A DNA stretch of 39,292 nt from Octopus bimaculoides (Eukaryota): NCBI RefSeq assembly GCF_001194135.2, contig NC_068995.1, forward strand, positions 29,710,796 to 29,750,087. The letters are read 5' to 3'. Positions within the stretch are counted from its first letter, which is position 1; the number at the start of each line of letters is the position of its first letter. Shown piece after piece: positions 10,740 through 22,730 of this stretch. The notes beneath the pieces were generated by a model that made no database searches, was not told where the DNA came from, and was given only the letters and a program-made list of their open reading frames with translations. Made by a program: the position numbers and the translations under genes.

Positions 10740-11090
10740 ATATCAACGCCAGTACTTAACAGTAACTTCTTTTATATCGGCTCCGGATACTGAAAGCCGA
10801 CGCCAGCGAGATTTGAACTCAGAACTTAAAGGGCTAGAGTTAAACACCCCAAGGCACCTTATTTTCAGTTCTAACGATTCTGCCTGTCCAAGAAAATATT
10901 GATTTCAAATATAAAGACGAGAAGCAAATTTTTGGATAGCTCTTAATTGATTATATCGCCCCCACCACCACCACCAGTGCTTGACTGGTACTTTGTCGAC
11001 CCAAGATGTAAAGCAAAGTTGCCCATGGCGGGATTTGACCTTAGAACGTAAAGATCTGGAACTAAATACTGCAAGGTATTTTGTCTTGTC
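10740..11090 (-). mobile_element. Two degenerate family-B SINE fragments
   Basis: gactggtactttgtcgaccc..aaagcaaagtt..gggatttga..cagaac, the reverse complement of the 29267-29463 type. Confidence 0.55.
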
Positions 11091-12307
11091 TGTTAAATTC
11101 GTGCTTTGAATGGTGTTTGACAAATTACATTCTTCTTATGTTTATATACCGTGTTTGTTCAATGTAAATTTTCGTCGACTGTGTAAATATAGATTTTTAA
11201 TTAAAGGTAATGTGCGTTTTAATAAATGGTTATTTGTTACCTGTTTATGTTTAATTTTAATTCAAGTGTTCCCAAATTGTCTTTGAAATACGGGAATACA
11301 AGACGCTAGCTAAAAGGTTGTCCTTGTTAACAATGCAGCACTGTTTTATTGTCAAGTTTATTAAGTCCCCATTATGTAGCTGTGAATAGGTTATTTTAAG
11401 TTACGTAGTTCCTTCCTGTAATTAGAGAAGATTCATTGGGTTTGAATATATCGTAAAACACATCTAAACAATTTCAGTATCGCTAGCCACACGTATTCTG
11501 TTTTATAAAGGTGCTACGTAACTCAATTTGTATCTTTAAGAATACAAGACTGCAACGAACCAACTAAACCCGAACATGCATGTTTCCAAGGAAGCATGTT
11601 AGGACCTAGGACCTTCAGTTGATGCAACATCATCTGCCCCATTGCACACCACAGGTCTAACCCAGCAGTGCAGAATGTGCAGTATATTGTGAAGACACCT
11701 AAGCATTTGATTAGCCACACGTAAGCGGAACTATCTTACTATAATGAAGGAACCTCTGCGTAGTTGCTCGATCTGCTAGAAATAGCAGCCAACACCGCTT
11801 CAAACTACACCCTACTCTTAAAAAAAGGACACAGAATGTAGTCCTACATCAGCGTGTCGGAATTTTAATTTATTTAATAATCCTGCTCTGAGGGTGTCTA
11901 AAATATACATCATCATCATCATAACGTCTAGTTCTCTATGCTTGCATAGATAAGAAGAGTGTTCATTGAGGCAGAGCTTTCTAAGCAAAATTTCCTTCCT
12001 GATGTCAACCCTGACCTGCTTCCAAGCAAGATCATAATTCCCCAGCCTGTTGAACTACAAACAACCTGGACATGGTTAAGCGGAGAACTGCAAACAAATG
12101 ACGTACTATGAAAATAAGATCGGATGGTATGAACGAGCCTTTTGTTTACAAAGAGCGCACATGTCAAGAAGCCTGGTCATGCTTTCATGGTGGACTGCAA
12201 GCAAACGACACCGTCATGGAACGCAGGTGAACACAAGGGAAACACCGAGACACACGCAAACACACTTTACATGCATATATGTATACACACACAGACTTGC
12301 TTCTTTC

Positions 12308-14093
12308 GGTTAATATATAGTTTAACACCCGGTTACCAAAAAAAAAATTGTTTAATAGTTGTAAAAAAACTGTGTAGAAAACGAATATGAAAACAAAAAT
12401 TTGCACAAACGAACAGGGTGGGTTGAGGAGAGGACTTTCAGAAAATTTACACAATCCGATTTTGCCTCAAAACTTTCAGGAAAACGGATATATATTAGTG
12501 AAATTTTATAGAGATACCTTTTAAATGGCATTGATTTAGAAATAGGGCTTTTTATTGCCACACATACATACACACACATACATACATACACACATACATA
12601 CACATATACACACTGTACTGGTACGTTTTGCTCAACAAAGACTGTAGTGTGCCTAGCGAGATTTGGTTATTTCTAAAAGGACGAATGCTACTGGAAAGGT
12701 TCCCTTGCCAACAAGTATTGTAAAAATTTGCCAAAAATGTTTCCCTGTGAAATTGTAGAGGGTGGGGATTTCCGAGGGTTCCAGTCCCCTCCCCGTTTTC
12801 TGGACAAAAAAATGGGTTTTGTGGCATATTAAAAGCTCACCATAATTCATTCAACGAAGAAAAACAAATTTTCTAAAGAATCCGAGGTGGGGCGGGAGGT
12901 CACCCCTCACTTTTTTTCCGAACCACCAAAATAAGGAATTTGTGGGAAAGTAGATCAGAGGAGTTGATTCCACGTGAAAAATCCGATTTTGTTTTTTGTC
13001 TTGGTGCAAATTGTGAGGGTGAGTTGGTAAAAATTTACTAAAATTTTTTCCGGGATGTGGGGAGAAAAGTTTTGAAACAACACTGAGTTTTGGATCAGGA
13101 ANNNNNNNNNNNNNNNNNNNNNNNNNNNNNNNNNNNNNNNNNNNNNNNNNNNNNNNNNNNNNNNNNNNNNNNNNNNNNNNNNNNNNNNNNNNNNNNNNNN
13201 NNNNNNNNNNNNNNNNNNNNNNNNNNNNNNNNNNNNNNNNNNNNNNNNNNNNNNNNNNNNNNNNNNNNNNNNNNNNNNNNNNNNNNNNNNNNNNNNNNNN
13301 NNNNNNNNNNNNNNNNNNNNNNNNNNNNNNNNNNNNNNNNNNNNNNNNNNNNNNNNNNNNNNNNNNNNNNNNNNNNNNNNNNNNNNNNNNNNNNNNNNNN
13401 NNNNNNNNNNNNNNNNNNNNNNNNNNNNNNNNNNNNNNNNNNNNNNNNNNNNNNNNNNNNNNNNNNNNNNNNNNNNNNNNNNNNNNNNNNNNNNNNNNNN
13501 NNNNNNNNNNNNNNNNNNNNNNNNNNNNNNNNNNNNNNNNNNNNNNNNNNNNNNNNNNNNNNNNNNNNNNNNNNNNNNNNNNNNNNNNNNNNNNNNNNNN
13601 NNNNNNNNNNNNNNNNNNNNNNNNNNNNNNNNNNNNNNNNNNNGAGAGTAAAAAAGTTCATAAATTTTCCAAACTACTGTTTTCATAAAAAGATGCTCTC
13701 CATCATTTTGAAGGCTGTGGTGAAAAACAATTGGAAAAATCCCCGTCAAAATGGAGAAATTCCAACTTATGTGGTCTTCTTAATCTGAAATGCCTCTCCT
13801 CACCCACTTGGAAAAAATTTTCTCCCACAAATTTCTTTATAATTGTAATCTATGCCTTTTGAAAAATATTTGTATAAACTTTCATTAAAAGATATCCATT
13901 TTCCTGAAAGTTATGAGGGAAAAAATCAGATTTTGTGAATTTTCTGAAAGTCCTCTCCCCACCCACCCTGTTCATTTGTGCAAATTTTTGTTTTCATATT
14001 CGTTTTCAATACAATTTTTTTACACCTATTAAACTGTTTTATTTATTTATTTATTTTTGTTTTGGTGACCGGGTGTTAAACTATGTATTAACC
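12308..14093. mobile_element. Non-autonomous DNA transposon with >200-bp TIRs, GG termini and 8-bp TSD (Merlin-like)
   Basis: Ends GGTTAATATATAGTTTAACACCCGG / CCGGGTGTTAAACTATGTATTAACC. Perfect TSD CTTCTTTC at 12300-12307 and 14094-14101. Contains an N-gap. Confidence 0.8.
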
Positions 14094-14190
14094 CTTCTTT
14101 CAGGTTTCATCAACCAAATGAAATCACAAGGATTTGGTCAACCCGGAGCCAAAGAAGACACTTGCCCAAGGTGTCACACTGTGGGATTGA
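14094..14190 (-). mobile_element. Family-A SINE split by the TIR element (other part about 12230-12307)
   Basis: The SINE motif gcttctttcag|tttc..caaatccactcacaagg is continuous across the insertion. Confidence 0.7.
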
Positions 14191-14319
14191 ACCATGGTCT
14201 TTGCTGGTCACCCCCCAAAAAAACCTACTGCGCCTCACTGTAGATTCACTTGTCATAGGTTCACCATCACTGTCCTAGATACTCTGTCTGAAAATAAGGT
14301 GAGCTGGCCATGGCTAAAA

Positions 14320-15158
14320 TACAAAGTGCATTCCAGAAGTTTTGAAATTTTTTTAGGTGAGGCAGTTTTTTTAGCTGTTAGAGATTATTATGATTTTAGT
14401 CTATCATTATTATATATCTTATTAGCTGACATGCAGCCAACTTTTGTTATTCCAGATTGAAGGATACGGTTGTAACATTACTTTGAGCACACCCTACTAA
14501 ACAGTGCTTGTCACAGCTGACTAGTTTGCAGAATGCAGTCAGGATGTGAAAATAAGTTGGAAGCTTCCTCTGCAATAGAATTTTGTATTAAACAAGGCAA
14601 AAACGTTACAAAAACTTGCTCCAGACCATTTATGGATCAACTTTCTGTGCCAAGCATTTTTTTTCCTTTCCCTGGCACAAGAAGCCAGGAAAAGCAAGTC
14701 CTATGGGAAGTTCATGATGATCCCCTTTTTTTTGACAGCAAGGGCATCATCTACTGGGTTCTCTCTGACTAAATGGTTTTAACAAAGAATACTTTGTGGA
14801 GGTTTTGAGAGAGTTCAGGAAAAGATTTCATCACAAAAGGCCAGAACACCTGCACCAGGACAACACACCAGTCCACAATTACATCCTGGTAACCAATTAC
14901 TTGGCAAAGATGGGCATCAAATCTAGCTCTTTGTGACCTGTGGTTGTTCCCCAAGCTGAAGGAGACTGACAAGGGTCCTGGACACCTTCGATTTGGAGGA
15001 CTTCCATGGGGCTTTCATGAAGTGTTTGGAGCACTATCACAATTTGCATTAAAATCAAAGGATCCTAATTTGAAGAAGATTAGAATTTTGAACTTCTTGG
15101 AAATTAATGAATGTCATGCCTGAAAAAAAGTCTCAAAACTTCTGGAATGCACCTTGTA
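14320..15158 (+). mobile_element. Internally deleted mariner element
   Basis: About 36-bp TIRs tacaaagtgcattccagaagttttgaaattttttt / aaaaaaagtctcaaaacttctggaatgcaccttgta. Remnants AIEFCIKQGK and FFDSKGII. Confidence 0.8.
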
Positions 15159-15789
15159 CCTTTGATTCCTAGGACTGCTCAATCAAGCTGACCTGGAGCC
15201 CAACAGCAAACACTTATTTTGTTTTGATAGAAGACAAAATAGGCCTCCATAAGTTTCCAACTAAGAGTGGTTGTGTAGAAAACTAAGCTCCAGTGTTTTA
15301 GATACACTCATTTTTCTTGTAATTATGATTTAAAGATTTGGTGTTTTGCTAACTTTCACTGGGCACAAGGCCAACCATTATGATACTACTTCAGTCAATT
15401 ATTCATAGTTCTGACCTTGTGCTAATGTAAAAATTGTTATCATTATTATTCATAGTTAGATAAATACAGTAAAAATTTTCTTTTATTACATAAAAAATAG
15501 TTAAGTACATCTTGGAAAACATACATGAAGGTTAGTAAATACTCTGTGAGAATAGCCTACACTATCTACAGATCCTAGTATTTGTGTTTTCTGGTACATG
15601 TAAATCTACCAGTGTTGCTACACAAGTGATTGTATATCACTGCAGCTGTACCTGTTACAAATTGGAAGGCAGATAACTGCCATAATGGTTTTAATTCAGA
15701 TCCTAACTAGTTGCAGTTCCTTAGCTTTTCAGCAACACATAATAGTCCTTTAGTATTTCTATGTCAATTATAAATGTACTGTTATTATT

Positions 15790-16028
15790 TGGCAGAATCA
15801 CTAAAGTGTTAGACAAAAATGCTTTGCAGGCAGAACTGTTAGTATGCTGGGCTTAGCAGTATTTCATTCAGCTTTACATTCTGAGTTCAAATTCAGCCGA
15901 GATTGACTTTGCCTTTCATCCTTTCAGAGTCAGTAAAATAAGTACCAGTTGAGCACTGGGGTTAATGTAATCAACTTAGCCCCTCCCCCAAAACTGCTGG
16001 CCTTGTGCCAAAATGTGAAACCAATATT
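15790..16028 (+). mobile_element. tRNA-derived SINE, family B
   Basis: gagttcaaattc B-box and gcctttcatcctttc..aaaataagtaccag core. Homologous to 29267-29463. Confidence 0.75.
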
Positions 16029-16319
16029 TATTCCAGCTCTTATGTTCTGTGTTCAAATCCTGCTGAACTCAACTTTGCATTTATTCTTCAAGGGTCCTTA
16101 AAAAAAGTACCTGTCAAATACTTGGGACAATATAATTGATTGTTGGGTCCTTTCAAAATTGTGTCCTGTGTTTATGTAAGAAATCATTATTGTTAGCCTC
16201 ATATTTTCAACAGTTTTATGTGAGTTCCTTCTGCACAAGCAGATGTACCTCTGTATTACTGAGAGGTGTGTACTTTATTGCTATCTGGGAATATAGAATT
16301 ATGTTTCTGTGTTATATCA

Positions 16320-17070
16320 GTTGCTTCGATGAAGCACCTTGTCAAGACTAACTGTGAGTCTGAAATGTACACATGTAATGCAAAATCTGTCCATTATATG
16401 TTGCATATCCCCCTCTGAATGTGCCAACAAATCAGCATCATCAGCGTAAAGTCATTCTCTTACAAGTGCTTTTGAAGTCTTTGTTTTGCTCTTAAACTGA
16501 GTCAGATATAAAATGCAACCAGATGTCTGAAATCTGATTCCGATTCCCCTGTTGCAATCCTTGGAAGCATACCAAAGCAATGCAGCAAAATAAATAGAGA
16601 AAAATATAGGGCAGGAATATCTCTCTGTCTGACACCATTGTCCACTGAAAATTCATGAGATAGCTCTCCATTAAAGACTACCTGAGCTTTCATGTTTCTG
16701 TGTAGTTCCTTAAAGATGCTCACAAAATGTGTTGGGCAAACAAGTTTATACAATACAATCCACAGTGCCTCCTTGTTTACTGTGTCAAATACCGTAGTTA
16801 AATCTAGGAAGACCTGGTATAGTAGCATTTGCTTCTCTAAGCATTTCTTCTGAACCTGCCTCACAGAAAATATCATGTCCATTGTTCCTCGCTCAGGTCT
16901 GAGACCACACTTTTTCTTTGAGAATCACATGTGGACACACATTCTAGCATGGAAATTATCTTCCCAGTATGTACCAGGATAGTTATCCCTCTAGAATTAC
17001 CACACTCTGCTTTTGGGCCCTTACCCTTGTATATAGAGATTAGAATGCCATTTATACATTCCTGTGACAC
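16320..17070 (-). pseudogene. RTE/BovB-like LINE reverse transcriptase fragment
   Basis: IYKGKG..CGNSRGI, DMIFSVRQVQKK..VFLDLTTVFDTVN, NGVRQ, YADDADLLAHSE. Frameshifted. Confidence 0.88.
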
Positions 17071-17124
17071 AGAAGATTCATTCCAAACTCGAGTTGTTAG
17101 GCTATGAATTTCAGACGAAATGTA

Positions 17125-17988
17125 TACATGGTCTGATCAATAAGTATCTGGACTGTTGCCATTGTAATGAAGTTAAAGCATGCAGGGTGAAGTCGCTCTA
17201 AATTTTAACATTCTAACTCACTTCTGCTGTTTACAGCAGTGTTTGGAAGGAAGGTATGTTGCGTGTAATCATTGCTTTGATGATGACTGAGAAAATTGAG
17301 CAGAGAATCTGCATCAAATTTTCCCAAAAGCTTAGCAATACCTGCTCAGAGGCCTATCTAAATTTTTCAAAAAGTTTTCATTGTTCTTGACACAATCAAG
17401 GAGATCTTGTGCAACTGAAACCCAAGTGTCTTTTTGGTCAGCTGGAAGCAGTTTTGGCTCAAACTTGGCAGACACGCGTCTCATATCCAAATCTTCAGTG
17501 ATAATGGACTGAACTGAACTATAGCTAATCTGCACATCCCCTGATAAGTCATGGATGGTGATTTGATGATTTCCTGTCACAGTTACATGCTTATCTGCAA
17601 TGTTTTTCTCACTTCTACTGGTTACAGGTCTCTCTGAACGTTTGTCAATACCAACATTTTATCGGCCATCTCGGAAACATCTGAACCTCTCATACACTTG
17701 TGTGCAGCTCATACACCCCGCCTCTCCATACACTTTCTGCAACTTTGTGTAGGCCTCTGAGCAGGTATCTCCATGACAGCTTTCTCTGTCATGGTCAATG
17801 TGACGATCACATGCTACACACCTTCCTTCCAAGCATTGCTGTGAACAGGGAAAGTAAGCTAGAGTGTTAAAACTTAGTGTGCATGCATAGCAGAGTTCAA
17901 GGTCAATCTTTGCCAAGCGGCTTCACTCTGTGTGCTTTAGCTTCATTACTATGGCAACAATTCGGATACTTATTGATCAGACCTCATA
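17125..17988. mobile_element. Mariner derivative with the 5' end duplicated in inverted orientation (about 235-bp inverted arms)
   Basis: Both ends read tac/atgaggtctgatcaataagtatc.. TA-flanked. Transposase N-terminus appears on both strands (MTEKIEQRICIKF; TCSEAYTKLQKVYG..RRVSAKFEPKLL). Confidence 0.85.
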
Positions 17989-17989
17989 T

Positions 17990-18210
17990 ATATATATATA
18001 AATATATATATGTAAACACACATATGTGTATGAGTGTGTGTGTGTCCTTATGTCTGTTTGTCCCCCACCACTGCTTGACAACTGGTGTTGGTGTGTTTAC
18101 ATCCTCCATAACTTAGTGGCTTGGAGAAAGAGACCAATCAAATAAGTACTTGGGTCTTCAAGGTGGTGCTCTAGCATGGCCTCAGTCTAATGACTGAGAC
18201 AAAAGAAATG
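17990..18210 (+). mobile_element. Family-A SINE, 3' half
   Basis: tttgtcccccaccactgcttgacaactggtgttggtgtgtttacatcc.. matches the other copies. Confidence 0.8.
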
Positions 18211-18319
18211 CTATTATTTATTACAGAGGGCAGTGAAGTTGCAGAATCATTAGACCAATATTTGTTCTGGTTCTTCACATTTCGATTCAAATCCTGCAAA
18301 GGATTACACTAATTTTTTG

Positions 18320-19100
18320 AGCTCGGGTCAAACGTTATAGTTTAGAGGCCATGGACTGACAATGTGAATGTTCTGAGTCCTCTCTCCACTTTCGCGAGTA
18401 CACATTTTTTTTTCATATTTGTTCAGAACAAGTTGTTTTACATCTTTTACACTATCTTTCTTTTGTTTCTTGGCTCCGGTGAGGCGTCTCGGAACATTCA
18501 CGAGCCCTCCCCGCCCCCGTTCGCGAGTGCGCCTTTTTTTTTTTTCATATTCATTCACAGCAAGTTGTTTTACATCTATTACACTAATTTNNNNNNNNNN
18601 NNNNNNNNNNNNNNNNNNNNNNNNNNNNNNNNNNNNNNNNNNNNNNNNNNNNNNNNNNNNNNNNNNNNNNNNNNNNNNNNNNNNNNNNNNNNNNNNNNNN
18701 NNNNNNNNNNNNNNNNNNNNNNNNNNNNNNNNNNNNNNNNNNNNNNNNNNNNNNNNNNNNNNNNNNNTGGTTCCGGTGAAGCGTCTCGGAACATTCACGA
18801 ATGTTCCGAACCCTCTCCCCCCCCCTTTCGCGAGCACGCATTTTTTTTTTATATTCGTTCACAGCAAGTTGTTTTACACCTATTACACTCATTTTTTTTC
18901 GTTTTTGAGGTCGAGACAAACACTGTAGTTTAGAGGCTATGGACTGACGATGTGTAATGATGTGAATGTTCCGAGCCCTTTCCCCACCCCCATTCACGAG
19001 TGCGCATTTTTTTTTTCCATATTCGTTCACAGCAAGTTGTTTTACACCTATTACACTATTTTTTTTTTCGTTTTTGAGCTCAGGTCAAGCGCTTTAGTTT
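18320..19100. repeat. Satellite-like tandem array (at least 4 visible units, N-gap inside)
   Basis: Recurrent cgcgagtgcgc-Tn-catattcgttcacagcaagttgttttacacctattacact core with two alternative linkers. Confidence 0.85.
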
Positions 19101-19969
19101 AACCAAATTCTTTCCCATAAATCCCTATATACTCTGAAAGCACACCATATAAGAAGTATTTGTAAAAAATTTTGTTAAAAAGTCTCCATTTTTCTGGATT
19201 TTATGAGGCAATAAAGTCGGGGACATATACATCTATGGTAATGCCCTTTTATTTATATGATTTTTTCATTTCATGTTTATTTAATTCATTGTTTGCAATA
19301 TTCTCTCTCCCCCTCTGTCTCTCTCTCTCACACACACACGCACACATACACACACACACACTACTAAGCATACAGATGGGCTGCTGAATTGAAATCTCCA
19401 TGTTGCTTTGAGGGGAAGGTAAGACTTGACAAACTGCCTCTTCCTCTGTTGTTGGACTACTGTGATGTTTGTTTAAAAAAGAGAGATTTATGACTGATAA
19501 AGTAATGAAAGCAATATTTACTAAGCAAGTGAGCACTATTATACAAAGAAATAATGAGACGTAAAATATAAAAATTATTAGAATTAGGAATCAAATGAAA
19601 ATATTATCAAGGGGCTAGCAGAAAACCGCTTGAAGGGTGCTAGTATATATAATGTAAAATTTTGGTTACATATGGCTGTGAGATTAAATTTCTGGACTTC
19701 TGACTGCACAACCATCATCATCATTATAAGTTAAAAAACTGAATTACTTCAGTTCTTAGAAGGGCATATAACATGAATTATAAGAACATATCTAGATAAT
19801 GCTTCACAATATCCCCATACTCTAAGCTGCTGTGTTTAATTTTATATTGGTTTAACTTTGAAAATATTCATTGGTTCTTCAGTTAAAATAGGTGGTGCAG
19901 GAGGGACTATAACCGAAAGATGCCATACATTTTTATTAAACTTTAAATCATGAAAAATTATTAAATGAT

Positions 19970-20122
19970 ACAGGTGCAGGCGTGGCTATATAGTAAGAAG
20001 CTTGCTTTCCAACTACATGGCTCTGGGTTCAGTACCACTGTGTGCCACTTTGGACAAGTGCCTTCTACTATAGCCTCAGGCTGACCAAAGCATTGGGAAT
20101 GTATTTGGTAGATTCAGTCTGA
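19970..20122 (+). mobile_element. Family-A SINE, 5' half (tRNA-like head)
   Basis: tggctatatagtaagaagcttgc..gggttcagtacc (A/B-box-like) ..gacaagtgccttctactatagcc. Confidence 0.8.
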
Positions 20123-20141
20123 AAGGTCACCTTATAACTTG

Positions 20142-20208
20142 CAATCGCCCAGTTTCCTTCAGTTATCGGGACTCTTAGTCACTGTAACTGAAGGAAACTG
20201 GGAGATTG
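20142..20208. repeat. 67-nt hairpin (24-bp arms, 1 mismatch)
   Basis: caatcgcccagtttccttcagtta (20142-20165) / taactgaaggaaactgggagattg (20185-20208). Confidence 0.9.
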
Positions 20209-20834
20209 TGTGTGATGCTTTTAGGCAAGGTGAGAGAGAAGTATAAGGAGAAGAACACCTAATTGTGAGGAGGGGTTAGTGGAGAGAGTAACAGAGTATT
20301 CACTATTGTGGGTGGGATTATGCCAAGAACAGGGGAAAAGAAAGTGATTAGGGTATATGATTAGTGGGAAAGGGAGAGATAGAGTGGTGTGATGAGGTGA
20401 GTCGTCCATGACTATCCCACAATAGTGAGTATGGGTGGAAGGGAACGTGAGATAAAATAGATGAAGGTGCAAAGGGTACAAAAAACGCTGTTAAAGGAAA
20501 GAGATGTATGGGGGTAATAAGGGCTGATAAGTCAGAGTAGGAGAGATGAGAGGGTGATGAAGTAGTGAAGAAGTTGTAGGGAAATGACAGTGAGAAAAGA
20601 AGCAATGCAGGAAGTGAAATGAGAGATATGAATGATAATTAAAGTGAGTGGGGATATGGATTGTAGAGGGAAGATGGGCACAGGTAAGTAAGAGGTGAGG
20701 TCAGAGCCGCAAAGGGCACTAGTAAATCAAGTAGCAGGATAAAGTCTGCAATACAGAGGTTCTTGCAAGATGTGACATTCAAGGTGTAGAGAATTACCAT
20801 ACCAAAGTACAACTGAAGTGGGTTGGCCATGTGG

Positions 20835-20988
20835 TATGCATGGAAGAAACTTGCTTACCTAAAACACTCTTTTATGGTCAGCTTAACTCTGTTGCCAGGC
20901 ACCAAGGTCACTTGCTACTCCATTATAAAGTTACTCTAAAGACCTACTTGAAAATCTTCAAGATGAATATGAAGACATGGGAAATAGT
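20835..20988 (+). pseudogene. RTE/BovB-like LINE C-terminal relic, left part (interrupted by LTR element)
   Basis: MEETCLPKTLFYGQL..HYKVTLKTYLK..TWEI. Continues at 22731. Confidence 0.8.
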
Positions 20989-21280
20989 TGTGGTGTATGC
21001 GTGCAAGTAGAAGTAATCGACTTACCTCGTTTTCCTTCCTTTGCACGAGACTGTTCTGCAGTATCTGATCCTCGCGACTGGCCCGACCCGAAGAACACTA
21101 GAAATAGCAGCTGCTTCTCCCAACACCTAGACGATCGCTTGGCACGTCCTCTCCTCACAACAACCCCATTCAAAAAGGGCACCAAATCCCAATTGAGGCA
21201 CCCTCTGCCCTTCTTCCTCTTCTGGTCAGCTCGCCGTTCCGGTCAGCGGTCAACTCCCCAGTTGCTGACGTCATACCACA
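20989..21280 (-). repeat. 3' LTR (292 bp)
   Basis: TGTGGTGTATG...CATACCACA. Roughly 88-90% identical by eye to the other LTR. Confidence 0.92.
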
Positions 21281-21312
21281 CGCAACCCTGATCTTAAAGA
21301 TCACGTCCACCC

Positions 21313-22383
21313 CTACTCCACTTCGAAGTCCGCCATCCAACCGGGCGGGCGCCTTACGCGTCGAGATCTTCTCAAGCCAGGTGCCTTGTTTCCCTCTCTG
21401 CACTCTTCATCCGACGAAGTGGCTATCCTGTGCAGGTCCAGCACATGACGTGGAATTCCATCCACGGATACATTGTTTCTGGAATTGACTGCCGTCACCG
21501 TTCCCCTGCCCCATTGCGACATGCAGCGTGCCTTTGGCGGCTTGACCCAAACTTCCTCCCCTACTTTCACACTGGCAGGTCCCTTCTCTTCTTCGCAGAA
21601 CTCCGGCGTCTTACTGGGATGCCTCCATTCATACTTGAACACTGCTCTGTGCGGCACAGATTCTTCCGCTTGTCCGGATCAAGGAGACATCTTATACCAG
21701 AAAGCCGCTTCCAGGAGTGAAATGTGCCCCCTTTCAGCCATGGCCTTGATCGTCCGATGGTGCCTCTCAACGATTCCATTGCCGCTCGGCCTATACGCCG
21801 CTCTGAACAATCGTCGCACCTTCCACCGGTCGAGCATCTCCCCCAACGTTTCCAAATGAAACGCCACCCCATTGTCCATCAGCAATTCTTCCACAGGACC
21901 CCTCTCTAAGAATATCCCGTTCAAAATCCGGGCAATCTCATCAGCAATGCCTGTCCTCAACTCCCTCCAAATGGCCAGCCAGCCCGGCCCGCAGTCGACC
22001 ATGGTGAGATACATTCCTTGGTGGTAGTGCGTCACATCTACAGGTAGTCTCCTCCAGTTGCACTCTACTGAGAGGTTCCCTTGCTCATACCCACCCGTGG
22101 CGGGGTCAATGGACTGGCATCTGTCACAGTTCCCGCCCACTTTCTTGACGCTTCTCCTAGTGACGTCAGCATCAATCATCTTCGCACTTAACCTCTCTTC
22201 CTCGTTCATCTCTAAATACAGGGTCAGGGCGCTTCCTTCCAAGTATAGCTCCATAAGACTCACCACATCGCTTATCACTTGCAGTTTCGCCACAAGCCTG
22301 ATCTTTTGCATCCATGCCATTACATCTCCCTCGCCATTAAAAGGCCTGATCATGTCGCTGGCGATTCTATTCTTGGCTGCCAT
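21313..22383 (-). pseudogene. Gag N-terminus fused in frame to integrase; one internal stop at 21679-21681
   Basis: RPFNGEGDVMAW..LYLEG.AL.LYLEM (gag), then CDRC, VDVT/MDNG/VERHHRT with D(35)E spacing. Same-frame C-terminal domain ..VWVKPP..LRRSRRVRRPP. Confidence 0.88.
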
Positions 22384-22418
22384 CGTGGCGAAGTTTTACA
22401 CGTGGTGCCAAAATAGCT

Positions 22419-22730
22419 TGTGGTGTATGCGTGCGAGTAGAAGTAATCGCCTTACCTCGGTTTTCCTTTCGTCGACTGCGACTCTGTCCTGTGGTATCCG
22501 ATCCTCGCAGCTGGCCCGACCCAAAGAACACTAGAAATAGCAGCTGCTTCTCCCAATATCTAGACGATCGCTTGGCATGTCCTCTCCTTACAACAACCCC
22601 GTTCAAAAAGGGCACGAAATCCCGATCAAGGCTCCCTCTGCCCTTCTTCCTCTTCCGGTCAGCTTGTCATTTCAGTCAGTTCACGGTTCCGGTCAGTGGT
22701 CAGCTCCCCAGTTGCTGACGTCATACCACA
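22419..22730 (-). repeat. 5' LTR (312 bp)
   Basis: Same termini as the 3' LTR, with an extra segment of about 20 bp. TGACGTCA palindrome near the outer end. Confidence 0.92.

Larger units (their letters stand above)
20989..22730 (-). mobile_element. Internally deleted Ty3/Gypsy LTR retrotransposon (1742 bp)
   Basis: TG..CA LTRs at 20989-21280 and 22419-22730. 5-bp TSD atagt/gtagt. PBS-like TGGCACCACG at 22401-22410. Gag-integrase ORF inside. Confidence 0.92.

Noticed and set aside
18320-19100. CRISPR-like repeat/spacer appearance
   Set aside because: Eukaryotic context, no cas genes, repeats too long and degenerate, linkers recur rather than being unique.
20958-22718. Several overlapping GC-rich ORFs on both strands
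   Set aside because: Alternative or antisense frames of the LTRs and the gag-integrase sequence.
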